Assembly (NCBI GenBank): GCA_963836235.1 | Contig: CAWIIP010000002.1 | Coordinates: 1,280,001-1,344,000, forward strand | Origin: an uncultured Pseudomonadota bacterium | GTDB taxonomy: Bacteria; Oederibacteriota; Muellerivitia; Muellerivitales; Muellerivitaceae | Reading direction: 5' to 3' | Length of the DNA stretch: 64,000 nt | Shown here: piece after piece, positions 40,390 through 49,743 of the stretch | Position numbering within the stretch: position 1 is the stretch's first letter | Layout of the letters: each line of letters opens with the position of its first letter | Translations under genes and position numbers: made by a program | The notes under the pieces: model-generated | Seen by the model: the letters and a program-made list of their open reading frames with translations, nothing else | Databases searched by the model: none | What the model was told of the DNA's origin: nothing

Positions 40390-41331
40390 TTGCGGTTCTC
40401 ACAACCTTTCCATCGGGTGAAATTCACCCCCTTCTTTTTTTTGTTTTTGTTGGCGCTATCGCCTTTTTTGAACGGTTGTTTCGTCAAGGATGTGGCTGTC
40501 AACTCCATGGCCGACAGTTTCGCCGCGTCCGGGGACACTTTTTCGGCCGACAATGATCCGGAATTGATCCGCCAATCCGTTCCCTTCAGCTTGAAGCTCA
40601 TGGAAAGCATCCTCTCCGCCACACCCCATCACGTGGGTCTCCTAACGGCCCTCTGTAAGGGTTTCACCGAATATGGCTACGCCTTCGTGCAATCCGACAG
40701 CGAATATATCGCCGACACAGATTACGAGAAATCCCGCGCTATGAAACTGCGAGCCAAAAAACTTTACGTGAGGGCCCGGGACTACGGCTTGCGGGGCCTG
40801 GACGTTCGTTATAATCATTTCAGCGACCTCATCCTCAAGGATCCCAAAACAGCCGTGGCCAAGGCGAGGAAACAAGATGTCGAACTGCTTTACTGGACCG
40901 GCGCTTCCTGGCTGGCCGCCATTTCCATCGGCAAGGACGATCCCGATTTGGTATCCGACGTTCCCCAGGCCGAGTCCCTGATTTACCGGGCCTATGAGTT
41001 GGAGCCCGATTACGATGACGGCTCGCTTCATGATTTCTTAATCACTTACGAGGGAAGCAAGCCGGTCCTCATGGGTGGGTCCCTGAAAAAAGCCAAGGAA
41101 CATTTTGAGGCGTCCCTAAAACTGAACAAGGGCTTGAGCGCCTCGACTTACGTGAATTACGCCGAAGCGGTGGATGAAAAAGAGCAGAACCGTGAAGAGT
41201 TTGAGGAAATGCTCCATAAGGCCCTGGAGATCGATGTCGATAAAAAACCCAGCTGGCGTCTGGTAAACTTGATCATGCAGGAAAGGGCTAATTGGCTGCT
41301 TTCAAAGGTTGATACTTTATTCGTGAAATAA
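40390..41331 (+). CDS. TRAP transporter TatT component (lipoprotein)
   Basis: Lipobox LNGC, DNDPEL, GFTEYGYAFV, RAKKLYVRARDYG and A..HFE. Lies directly upstream of dctP. Confidence 0.88.
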   Translation: MRFSQPFHRVKFTPFFFLFLLALSPFLNGCFVKDVAVNSMADSFAASGDTFSADNDPELIRQSVPFSLKLMESILSATPHHVGLLTALCKGFTEYGYAFVQSDSEYIADTDYEKSRAMKLRAKKLYVRARDYGLRGLDVRYNHFSDLILKDPKTAVAKARKQDVELLYWTGASWLAAISIGKDDPDLVSDVPQAESLIYRAYELEPDYDDGSLHDFLITYEGSKPVLMGGSLKKAKEHFEASLKLNKGLSASTYVNYAEAVDEKEQNREEFEEMLHKALEIDVDKKPSWRLVNLIMQERANWLLSKVDTLFVK

Positions 41332-41363
41332 CCGCCGGAATAGAACAACAAAAGGAGACCACC

Positions 41364-42383
41364 TTGTTCTCATCTTTAAGGAAAATAATGATCGCGGCGA
41401 TGCTTTTTTCGCTGACGGGAACCCTGGCTTACGCGCAGGACGCGGCCGTCACCCTCAAACTGGGAACCTTGGCCCCCGAAGGATCCGTTTGGGACAACAT
41501 CATGCGGGATATGGGCGAGCAGTGGAAAACATCGGGCGTCAAACTGCAGATCTACCCCGGCGGTGTGTTGGGGGATGAGCCGGACATGGTCAGTAAAATG
41601 CGCATCGGCCAAATCCAGCTGGGAGTCCTAACCGTGGTGGGCCTAGCGCAAATCGACAAAGGTGTCCAAGCCCTTTCCATTCCCATGCTCTACAAAAGCT
41701 ACGCCGAAAGCGACTATGTAAGAACAAAAATGCAGCCCCTGTTGGAAGAACGCCTGCTGAAAAAAGGGTTCAAGGTTTTGAACTGGGGTGAGGCGGGTTG
41801 GGTCATGTTTTTCGGCAAGGACCCCATCTTGACTCCGGACGATTTAAAGAAGGCCAAATTTTTCGTCTGGGGCGACGATACCGACACGCTGAACATTTGG
41901 AAATCCGCTGGGTTTTCCCCCATTCCCCTGGCCGCCACCGACATTCTTCCCAACCTCCAGACGGGCCTCATCAACTCTTTTGATACCTCTCCTATTTCAG
42001 CTCTGTCCTTCCAATGGTTTGCCTTAGCCCCCCACATGACCAAGCTCCGCTGGGCGCCCTTGGTGGGAGCCACTATCATCACCACCAAAGCCTGGAACAA
42101 GATACCGGTGGACGCCCAACCCGCCATCCTGAAAGCCGCCGCCGACGCAGGTGTCCGCTTTAAGGACGAGATTCGGGCGGGGGAGGAGAAAGCCATTGAC
42201 GCCATGGTCAAGCACGGCCTGACCGTTCACGATGTGACGCCCGAGCAATATGACGCGTGGGAAAAGCTCTTTACCGGCATCTATCCCCAGATTTCCGGAA
42301 CCGTGGTGCCCGCGGACATGATGGATATGGCTATTAAATACCGCGATGAATACCGCGCCGATCACAAGGCGGCCGCGGAGTAA
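41364..42383 (+). CDS. dctP: TRAP substrate-binding protein DctP (TatP-type)
   Basis: LKLGTLAPEGSVW, YPGGVLGDE and LQTGLI. Confidence 0.92.
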   Translation: MFSSLRKIMIAAMLFSLTGTLAYAQDAAVTLKLGTLAPEGSVWDNIMRDMGEQWKTSGVKLQIYPGGVLGDEPDMVSKMRIGQIQLGVLTVVGLAQIDKGVQALSIPMLYKSYAESDYVRTKMQPLLEERLLKKGFKVLNWGEAGWVMFFGKDPILTPDDLKKAKFFVWGDDTDTLNIWKSAGFSPIPLAATDILPNLQTGLINSFDTSPISALSFQWFALAPHMTKLRWAPLVGATIITTKAWNKIPVDAQPAILKAAADAGVRFKDEIRAGEEKAIDAMVKHGLTVHDVTPEQYDAWEKLFTGIYPQISGTVVPADMMDMAIKYRDEYRADHKAAAE

Positions 42384-44641
42384 TGACGCCTCGAAAACGG
42401 TCCGCCGGGGGCCCAGCCAAAGGACCGAAACCGGGGAAAAAAACTTCGTGGAAAATCACCAAGTTTCCCCCTTCAACCCTTGCACCGGTAGAAAGGCCAG
42501 CCTCCGGGCCTCAATCGATGGCTATTGAAAGCCATCCCGGCGGGGTATCCACCCAGCCCGCCTTTTGGCACGTTCCCGAAAACCTTCTTTTAACCTTCTT
42601 TTTCGCCGTCATGATGTTCCTGCCCCTGTTGGACATCCTGGCGCGCAAGCTTCACGGCCTTTTCAACTGGTTTCCCGCCGTCTTGGTCTCAGGTTCGCTT
42701 AACCTGGTCCAGCACGCCGTTTTAGCCATCATGATGTTTGGCGGCGCCATCGCGGCGCGCGAAGGTAAGCTCCTCCAGCTGGCCACCACCGCCAACATGA
42801 TTCCCCAGCGCTTCAAGGCCGCCGCCCACATTTTGACCGCGGGAATCGGCGCGGCCATCACCCTTTACCTGGTCAAGGCGGGCTTCTCCTTCGCCATGAT
42901 CGAACGAGACGTGGATTCGATCATCGCCTTGGGAATCCCCAAGTGGATTGTCCTCATGTTCCTACCGATCGGCTTTTCCATGATCCTGGTTCGGATGATC
43001 TGGCGCTCGTCCGACAAGTGGAATGAGCGGCTCATGACCCTCATGGTAGCCGGATGGCTGGCCTATCTGGCCCCCTTTATCCATAACCCCTCGGAAACTT
43101 TCATCTATATATGCTTTGGTTTGCTGATGGTGGCGGTCGTTTTTGGGATGCCCGTCTTTTTGGTCTTGGGTGGCGCGGCGCTTATCTTTTTATGGAACTC
43201 CGACACTCCCATTGATTCCATCCCCGCGGAAACTTACCGCATGGTGGTTTCGCCCACCATTCCCACCATTCCCCTCTTCACTTTGACCGGCTATTTCCTG
43301 GCCGAGGGAGGCGCTTCCGCAAGATTGTTGAGGGTTTTCCAGGCTTTCTTTGGATTGCTTCGGGGCGGCCCCGCCATCGTGACCGCTTGCGTCTGCGCTT
43401 TCTTCACCGCCTTCACGGGAGGTTCGGGGGTGACCATCCTGGCCTTGGGCGGCCTTCTGATGCCGATCCTGCTGGCGGAAAAATATAAGGAAAGGGACGC
43501 GTTGGGGCTTTTGACGTCCGCCGGCTCCCTGGGCATGCTTTTCCCCCCTAGCCTGCCCGTGATTCTTTACGGTGTGGTTTCGGGAACTTCCATCAAGGAT
43601 CTTTTCCTGGGGGGTTTTATGCCTGGGATGATTCTTTTATTTCTGACGGCCCTGTGGGGGATCATGAAGGCCTCCAGCGAAAACAGTTCCAAATATTCCC
43701 TTTTGCGCGCCTTTAAATTGTGGTTGTGTATCGGGTCCTTGGCCTTATTTTTTTCTCTCGTGGCTTTTTACGCTTGGAAACTTTTTTGGCATTTGGCCTG
43801 GATGATTTTGGCGGCCATCGGGGGCATTCAACCCGAAACCGCGACGGTAGGGCCCATCACTTTCGTCCATCTTTCCGCGATCGGCAGCACCCTGGTTTTG
43901 GTCAGCGTCCTTTATCCCCTGATCCAGAAACATGTTTTGGATCCCCTGAGTGCCAAATTGGAAATCCAAAAAGAAACTTCCGAGGCCCTGATTTCGGCCT
44001 GGGAAACCAAGTGGGAACTGGCTCTTCCCCTGGTGGTTTTTTTCTTTCTCTTCGTCATCAAGGTGACCCTGGTGGAATCGGCGGCCCTGACGGCCCTCTA
44101 TGCTTTCCTGGTGGAAGTCTTTTTTTACCGTGAGATGAAGCTGAAGGACGTTCCTAAGGTCATCACCGAATGCGGCATCCTGGTGGGAGGCGTACTTTTG
44201 ATTCTGGGGGTCTCGCTGGGGTTCACCAACGACATGGTCGACGCCCAAATTCCCTCGCAATTGGCCGCCTGGGTCCACGACACGGTCCATTCCCAATGGG
44301 TTTTCCTGCTGATGGTCAACCTCATGTTGATCGTCGTGGGAAGTCTCTTGGAAATCTTCGCCGCCATCGTGGTGGTGGTGCCGCTTCTGATGCCCATGTC
44401 CGACGCTTTCGGGGTGGACCGGGTGCATATGGGGATCATCTTCCTAGCCAACATGGAATTGGGGTTCATCGCCCCACCCTTGGGGCTTAATCTCTTTTTA
44501 TCCTCCTATCGCTTTAAGAAGCCCATGACAGAGGTCTATATGGCGGTCCTTCCCATGTATCTCATTCTTCACGGTATGGTTCTCTTGATTACCTTTTGGC
44601 CTTTTCTGACCACATGGTTGCCCAGGTTATTTTCCCAATAG
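42383..44641 (+). CDS. Fused TRAP permease DctQM
   Basis: N-terminal DctQ part, then IPLFTLTGY, TGGSGVTI, LFPPSLPVILY and PPLGLNLF. Start could be 42518. Confidence 0.9.
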   Translation: MTPRKRSAGGPAKGPKPGKKTSWKITKFPPSTLAPVERPASGPQSMAIESHPGGVSTQPAFWHVPENLLLTFFFAVMMFLPLLDILARKLHGLFNWFPAVLVSGSLNLVQHAVLAIMMFGGAIAAREGKLLQLATTANMIPQRFKAAAHILTAGIGAAITLYLVKAGFSFAMIERDVDSIIALGIPKWIVLMFLPIGFSMILVRMIWRSSDKWNERLMTLMVAGWLAYLAPFIHNPSETFIYICFGLLMVAVVFGMPVFLVLGGAALIFLWNSDTPIDSIPAETYRMVVSPTIPTIPLFTLTGYFLAEGGASARLLRVFQAFFGLLRGGPAIVTACVCAFFTAFTGGSGVTILALGGLLMPILLAEKYKERDALGLLTSAGSLGMLFPPSLPVILYGVVSGTSIKDLFLGGFMPGMILLFLTALWGIMKASSENSSKYSLLRAFKLWLCIGSLALFFSLVAFYAWKLFWHLAWMILAAIGGIQPETATVGPITFVHLSAIGSTLVLVSVLYPLIQKHVLDPLSAKLEIQKETSEALISAWETKWELALPLVVFFFLFVIKVTLVESAALTALYAFLVEVFFYREMKLKDVPKVITECGILVGGVLLILGVSLGFTNDMVDAQIPSQLAAWVHDTVHSQWVFLLMVNLMLIVVGSLLEIFAAIVVVVPLLMPMSDAFGVDRVHMGIIFLANMELGFIAPPLGLNLFLSSYRFKKPMTEVYMAVLPMYLILHGMVLLITFWPFLTTWLPRLFSQ

Positions 44642-44671
44642 CCAAATTTTAAAATTCAAACTTCGCCTATA

Positions 44672-46093
44672 ATGCCTTTCATGGCATCCCTCATACCCCG
44701 GCACACCGGCCTTTATACGGACTTTTACGAACTCACCATGGCGCAAGGCTATGTTCTCGCGGGCAAAGCCGAAACTCCCGCCTGCTTCGATTATTTTTTT
44801 CGGGACAGCCCTTTCCAAGGCGGCTATGTGGTTTTCGCCGGGCTCAACAGTTTTCTAGAAACCCTTGAAAGCTTCGCGTTCGGTAAGGAAGAACTGGATT
44901 ACCTGGGAGAACAGGGGTTCCAAAAGCCCTTCCTGGATTACCTAAAGACCTTCCGTTTCAAAGGGAAAATTTATTCGGTGCGGGAGGGGGAAGTGGTCTT
45001 CCCCTTGGAACCGCTGATGCGGGTGGAAGGCACCTTCCTGGAAACCCAAATTATTGAAACCCTTTTGTTGAACTTCATCAATTTCGAATCCCTGATTGCC
45101 ACTAAAGCTTCCCGGATGGTTCAGGCCGCCCGGGGCCGCAAGGTCGTGGATTTTGGCCTTCGCCGCGCCCAGGGACTGGCGGGCATCCAGGCTTCCCGTG
45201 CGGCGGCCATCGGCGGGGCGGACGCCACCTCCAATGTTTATTCCTCCTTTGTGTACGGCCTCTCTCCTTCGGGTACCCAGGCCCATTCCTGGATTCAAAG
45301 CTTTCCCGATGAGCTCACGGCTTTTCGGAAGTTCGTGGAAATTTATCCCGAACGCAGCACTCTATTAGTGGATACCTACAACACGATGAAAAGCGGCATC
45401 CCCAACGCCATGATTGTGGCCAAAGAGATGGAAGAAAAGGGCCACCGCCTGGCGGGCATTCGCTTGGATTCGGGCGACCTGGCCTACCTGAGCAAGAAGG
45501 CCCGGGAAATGCTGGATCTGGCGGACCTCCATTACGTGAAGATCGTGGCCTCCAACCAGTTGGACGAGAAAATCGTCAAGAGCCTTTTGGACCAGGGCGC
45601 GCCCATCAATGTTTTTGGCATCGGCACTAGCCTGCTGACCGGCCAGGACAATCCAGCCCTGGATGGAGTTTATAAACTTTCCACCTTTGATGGAGAACCC
45701 TGCCTCAAGATCTCGGAAAATCTGGCGAAGTCTTCCCTGCCGGGGGTAAAAAAAATCGTCCGCTATACCGACCCCGACGGGTTCTTTTACGCCGATGGCA
45801 TCTTATTGGAAGAAGAAAAAGCCGCTGAATTCATCTTTCACCCCCTTTTTCCCGAACAAAAAAGCCGGGTCGCCCACTGTTTTCCAGAAGGGATTCTTTT
45901 TAAAGTGATGGATGGTGGAAAACCGCTGATAAACCAGACCGTGAAGGAAGCGGCGGCCTACGCGAAGGAACGTCTGGCCAAGCTTTCTCCGGAACGAAAA
46001 CGGTTTGAGAATCCCCATACCTATAAAGTTGGAACCAGTCAAAAGCTGATGGATTTGCGAACCAAGCTGATTCATCGGCACGACCAGCCATAA
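44672..46093 (+). CDS. pncB: Nicotinate phosphoribosyltransferase
   Basis: TDFYELTMAQGY, DFGLRRAQG, GTQAHSW, LVDTY and RLDSGDL. Confidence 0.95.
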   Translation: MPFMASLIPRHTGLYTDFYELTMAQGYVLAGKAETPACFDYFFRDSPFQGGYVVFAGLNSFLETLESFAFGKEELDYLGEQGFQKPFLDYLKTFRFKGKIYSVREGEVVFPLEPLMRVEGTFLETQIIETLLLNFINFESLIATKASRMVQAARGRKVVDFGLRRAQGLAGIQASRAAAIGGADATSNVYSSFVYGLSPSGTQAHSWIQSFPDELTAFRKFVEIYPERSTLLVDTYNTMKSGIPNAMIVAKEMEEKGHRLAGIRLDSGDLAYLSKKAREMLDLADLHYVKIVASNQLDEKIVKSLLDQGAPINVFGIGTSLLTGQDNPALDGVYKLSTFDGEPCLKISENLAKSSLPGVKKIVRYTDPDGFFYADGILLEEEKAAEFIFHPLFPEQKSRVAHCFPEGILFKVMDGGKPLINQTVKEAAAYAKERLAKLSPERKRFENPHTYKVGTSQKLMDLRTKLIHRHDQP

Positions 46094-46216
46094 AACTCTA
46101 GTCCATAAACCTTGACTTGAAACAGCTTAAAATTCCGGCCAATGGCCGGTTTAACCGTCTGAGCCGTAAAATAGGATAAGCCTACTAGTGGCATAATGAT
46201 GAAAGAGGTGGAATTC

Positions 46217-46765
46217 ATGAAGGCTTTATTGATCGTTGACGTCCAAAATGATTTTTGTCCCGGTGGAACCTTGGCTGTGCCCGAGGGAGACACGGTTATT
46301 CCCGTGATTAATGCCCTCATGGGCGCCTTCCCTTTGGTCATCGCCTCGAAAGACTGGCACCCGAAAGATTCGGTCCACTTCAAAAAATGGCCGCCCCACT
46401 GTGTGCAAAACACTCCGGGCGCGGATTTTCATCCCAACCTGAATACCTCGAAGATCAACAAGATTTTCCTTAAGGGAACCCTCAACAAGGACGACGGCTA
46501 TTCAGCCTTTGAGGCCACCAGCGGCAATTTGGGCCAATTTCTAAAAAAGGAAAAAGTGGAGGATCTTTATATCGTGGGGTTGGCCACCGACTACTGCGTG
46601 AAGGCCACCGCCCTGGACGCGGATAAAAACGGCTTGGAGACCTTCGTAGTGGAGGACGCCGTGGCGGCCGTCAACGTGAAACCCGGCGACGGGGAAAAAG
46701 CGTTAAAGGCCATGGCCCACGCGGGCATCACCCTGATCAACTCCTCGGAAATACTCCCCCAATAA
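46217..46765 (+). CDS. pncA: Nicotinamidase/pyrazinamidase
   Basis: VDVQNDFCPGGTL, DWHP, WPPHCVQ and GLATDYCV. Confidence 0.95.
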   Translation: MKALLIVDVQNDFCPGGTLAVPEGDTVIPVINALMGAFPLVIASKDWHPKDSVHFKKWPPHCVQNTPGADFHPNLNTSKINKIFLKGTLNKDDGYSAFEATSGNLGQFLKKEKVEDLYIVGLATDYCVKATALDADKNGLETFVVEDAVAAVNVKPGDGEKALKAMAHAGITLINSSEILPQ

Positions 46766-46819
46766 AAAGCCCCCCGGATATGATCGCGGGAGGCTTCTCG
46801 GTTTTTAAAAACTAAAGTG

Positions 46820-47209
46820 TTATTGGGCAGCTTTTGGCTGGTCGGCTAAAACCAAATAATTCAATCCACCCTTGCTGATAGTCGTTCCCGTGACGGTCAC
46901 CATCGCACCACCCTGGGAAGCGAACTGGTCGCGAACCGAATGATAGTTGGAGTCGACCGGGATATAGAGTTTACCCTTATACATAAGGGCCAATTCACCA
47001 CCGCCGCTGATACACTTGGCGGCGCAGGCTTGGTGTTTTTCACCGGTGGCTTTCATGCCGTCCTTCATATAGCAACCCACGTCCACGACCTCGCATTTCA
47101 TGGCTTTACCCATGTCTTTTGGAGCCGCCGCCATATCCATGTCGGCAAACGCTTGGCCGACCAGGAAACTCAGAACCATCACCGGAACCAGAAACATCCA
47201 TTTTTTCAT
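46820..47209 (-). CDS. Secreted Cys/His/Met-containing conserved hypothetical protein
   Basis: GGAGG RBS, signal peptide and DVGCY..HQACAAKCISGG. Confidence 0.75.
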   Translation of the reverse strand: MKKWMFLVPVMVLSFLVGQAFADMDMAAAPKDMGKAMKCEVVDVGCYMKDGMKATGEKHQACAAKCISGGGELALMYKGKLYIPVDSNYHSVRDQFASQGGAMVTVTGTTISKGGLNYLVLADQPKAAQ

Positions 47210-47366
47210 AACAACCTCCAAAATAAATTCCCATCTCCAATCCCCAAAGGGACATGGGTAAATACGATCAGGGGACAGCTAGAGTTACATTCCCAAGCTT
47301 TTTTTGCAAGTACCCCCTTTTAAAAATGAACTGAAAGGAAAGCCTTCAAACCGCTTCGATTGGGCT

Positions 47367-47606
47367 TTATTTATCCTTTAAATCCAAAGTGACATCACTG
47401 TTACCAATACCAGTTTCCAGCTTGGCTTCACTTTTATCGCCGCCCTTGGAGCCTTTCTTTTTCTTGCCTTTTTTCTTTTTGGAGTGTTTTTTACCGGAAT
47501 GATGTTTGGAGGAGGAACCGGCAGCATCGGATGATTCACGAGCGGCCCAGGCCGTCCCACCGGCTAAAAAAAGTAGCGCCATGGTAATGGAAATAAGCTT
47601 TTTCAA
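47367..47606 (-). CDS. Small secreted Lys-rich protein
   Basis: TTG start after AGGAGG, AWA signal peptide and KHHSGKKHSKKKKGKKKK. Confidence 0.65.
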   Translation of the reverse strand: MKKLISITMALLFLAGGTAWAARESSDAAGSSSKHHSGKKHSKKKKGKKKKGSKGGDKSEAKLETGIGNSDVTLDLKDK

Positions 47607-47684
47607 GCCCAACCTCCTCATTTGACGATCGATGGGCTATTGTACAATTCCCGGCAGGACTTCGTCTACAGTGGGACCCGGCCG

Positions 47685-48002
47685 TTACTTTTCCTCGTAA
47701 GTCCACTGCCAGAAATCGTCGCCCCTTGGATGTTTTTTCCGGGCGAGGGTTCTCACCTCGGACTTAAAGGATTGGACGACCCGGCGCAGGTCCTCGTCCA
47801 GGTGTTGAAAGTCCAGTGTCATTTCCACCCGATCGGGATGGATTTCATGGGCGACGATATGAAGGCCCGGATAGCGATAGGGAAGGTTTCGTAAGGCCAC
47901 TTGGGCGAACCCCCGCGCCTCTCCCTCCAGCAGGGGCTGGCGATGGGTGGTGTAAAGAACGACATCGTGCAACGCGTCGGGGTCTCCGGGAAGTCTTTCC
48001 AT
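47685..48002 (-). CDS. Inactive Y1 (RAYT/IS200-like) transposase-fold protein
   Basis: TTHRQPLL, LPYRYP, IHPDRVE (MPDHxH position), VVQSFKS and FWQWTY. The HUH motif and the catalytic-Tyr helix are missing. Confidence 0.65.
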   Translation of the reverse strand: MERLPGDPDALHDVVLYTTHRQPLLEGEARGFAQVALRNLPYRYPGLHIVAHEIHPDRVEMTLDFQHLDEDLRRVVQSFKSEVRTLARKKHPRGDDFWQWTYEEK

Positions 48003-48006
48003 GCTT

Positions 48007-48957
48007 TCAGCGGACCCCGACTTTTTGGGCGTAGCTGTCGTCGAAGAGCTCCTGAATGTCGAAATCCTTCCGGATCACGCGGTTGGCCAGCAAAAAGTTC
48101 TTAATGTCCCCCATGGCCTTTTCATCGCCCGCCGTCAGCCGGAGGGACCAATCGAAACCCTTCAGACTCTCAGCCAGGACGGAGGCTGGAAACTGGCTGT
48201 CCTTCGACAGAAGCGCGAGGATTTCCTTCGGGTGCCGCTTCATGTAGTCATTGGTCTTTTGGGTGGCTCTCAGGAAGCTTTCCACCAGGGCCGGGTTCTC
48301 CTGGGCGAACCCGGTTCGCACCGCGTAAAGGCTCAAGCTCCCGGACACGTGGGAGGAGTCGGCGACCACCCGGGCCTTGCCAGCCTGTTCCAGCTGCGTG
48401 CGGTAAGGCATCCAAAGGATAATGGCGTCCACCGCCCCGCTTTCCAGCGCCGGACCCTGGTCCGGCCCCGCTAGGTTGACCAGTTGGACGTCCTTGAGGG
48501 AAAGTCCAGCTTGGGCCAAAAGCTGCCCCAAAAAGAAATGCACGCTCGACCCCACCTGGGCGGCCACTTTCTTCCCCTTCAGATCCGCGATCGAATGAAT
48601 GGGCGAATCGGGACGCACCAAAAGCGCGTTGGTGGCGGGGTTGAAGGCCGCCTTGGCGATGACTTTCAGGTCGATTCCCCCGGCTTTTGCCACCAAGGGC
48701 GGCATATTGCCGACGGCTAGAATATCCACCCGGTCCCCCGCGGCGGCCTCAATCATGACCGGCCCTGAAAGGAAGGATTGCCACTCCACCTTGGCCCCTT
48801 CTTTGAGGAATTCCTTGTCGTAAAAACCCTTGGCTTTCCCCACCCAAAGCACGCTGCTGGAAGGCTGATAACCAATTCGTACGGTTTTTTCCTCCTGGGC
48901 CCGAAGCTGGGAAAAAACGAGTATGAGGGTGAAAGCCGTTAGTAACCTATTTTTCAT
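48007..48957 (-). CDS. SsuA-like aliphatic sulfonate ABC substrate-binding protein
   Basis: VRIGYQ, FLSGP, IADLKGKKVA and GAVDA. Confidence 0.85.
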   Translation of the reverse strand: MKNRLLTAFTLILVFSQLRAQEEKTVRIGYQPSSSVLWVGKAKGFYDKEFLKEGAKVEWQSFLSGPVMIEAAAGDRVDILAVGNMPPLVAKAGGIDLKVIAKAAFNPATNALLVRPDSPIHSIADLKGKKVAAQVGSSVHFFLGQLLAQAGLSLKDVQLVNLAGPDQGPALESGAVDAIILWMPYRTQLEQAGKARVVADSSHVSGSLSLYAVRTGFAQENPALVESFLRATQKTNDYMKRHPKEILALLSKDSQFPASVLAESLKGFDWSLRLTAGDEKAMGDIKNFLLANRVIRKDFDIQELFDDSYAQKVGVR

Positions 48958-48980
48958 TTCGGTTTCCTTTTCGAATTTTT

Positions 48981-49736
48981 CTACCGCTTATGGAAAAACT
49001 CATTGTAGATTTTCCGGCGGATTTTAACAAAGGGGGTGACGCTTCGGTCCCGGGGACGGGTCAGGGGAACGGGAATGATTTTTTTGATCGTGCCAGGCCG
49101 GGGGGACATCACCGCTACCCGGTCCCCTAGGTACACCGCTTCCTCCATATCATGGGTTACCAGGATCACGGTAGTCTTTTGGGCCCGCCAAATCCTCAGA
49201 ATTTCCTCCTGCATTTGGATGCGGGTCAGGGCGTCCAACGCCCCGAAGGGCTCGTCCAAAAGAAGCACCCGGGGCTGTCCCACCAGGGCCCGCGCGATGG
49301 CCGCCCGCTGCTGCATCCCGCCGGATAATTGCCGGGGATATGCCTTCTCAAAACCCGACAGGCCCACCAGCCGCAGGTGGCTTTCCACGGTTTCGCGGAT
49401 TTCTGCGAGCGAAAAATTCCGGGGACAGCCGAAAGCCACATTTTCTTCCGCCGTCATCCAGGGAAAAAGCCTCGATTCCTGGAAAACCATCCCCCGGTCC
49501 AAGCCGGGCTTTTCAACAGGCTTTCCATCTAAAAGGATTTCTCCGCCGTCGGCTTTTTCTAATCCGCCGATCAACCGGAGCAGGGTGGATTTGCCACAAC
49601 CGCTGGCTCCCACCAAAGTTACGAATTCCCCCGGCTTCACCTTCAGTTGAATGTCGGATAAAACAGGCAGTTCGCCCGTGGAAAGGTTGTAGCCTTTATA
49701 AATGTTTCGGATGATGAGGGAGGCGCCTGGGGTCAT
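48981..49736 (-). CDS. SsuB/TauB-like ABC ATPase
   Basis: GASGCGKST, LSGGMQQR and LLDEPFGALDALTR. Confidence 0.92.
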   Translation of the reverse strand: MTPGASLIIRNIYKGYNLSTGELPVLSDIQLKVKPGEFVTLVGASGCGKSTLLRLIGGLEKADGGEILLDGKPVEKPGLDRGMVFQESRLFPWMTAEENVAFGCPRNFSLAEIRETVESHLRLVGLSGFEKAYPRQLSGGMQQRAAIARALVGQPRVLLLDEPFGALDALTRIQMQEEILRIWRAQKTTVILVTHDMEEAVYLGDRVAVMSPRPGTIKKIIPVPLTRPRDRSVTPFVKIRRKIYNEFFHKR

Positions 49737-49743
49737 GGGCCGC

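Noticed and set aside
47685-48002. Active IS200/IS605 element
   Set aside because: No HUH motif, no catalytic Tyr, no tnpB and no terminal hairpins seen.
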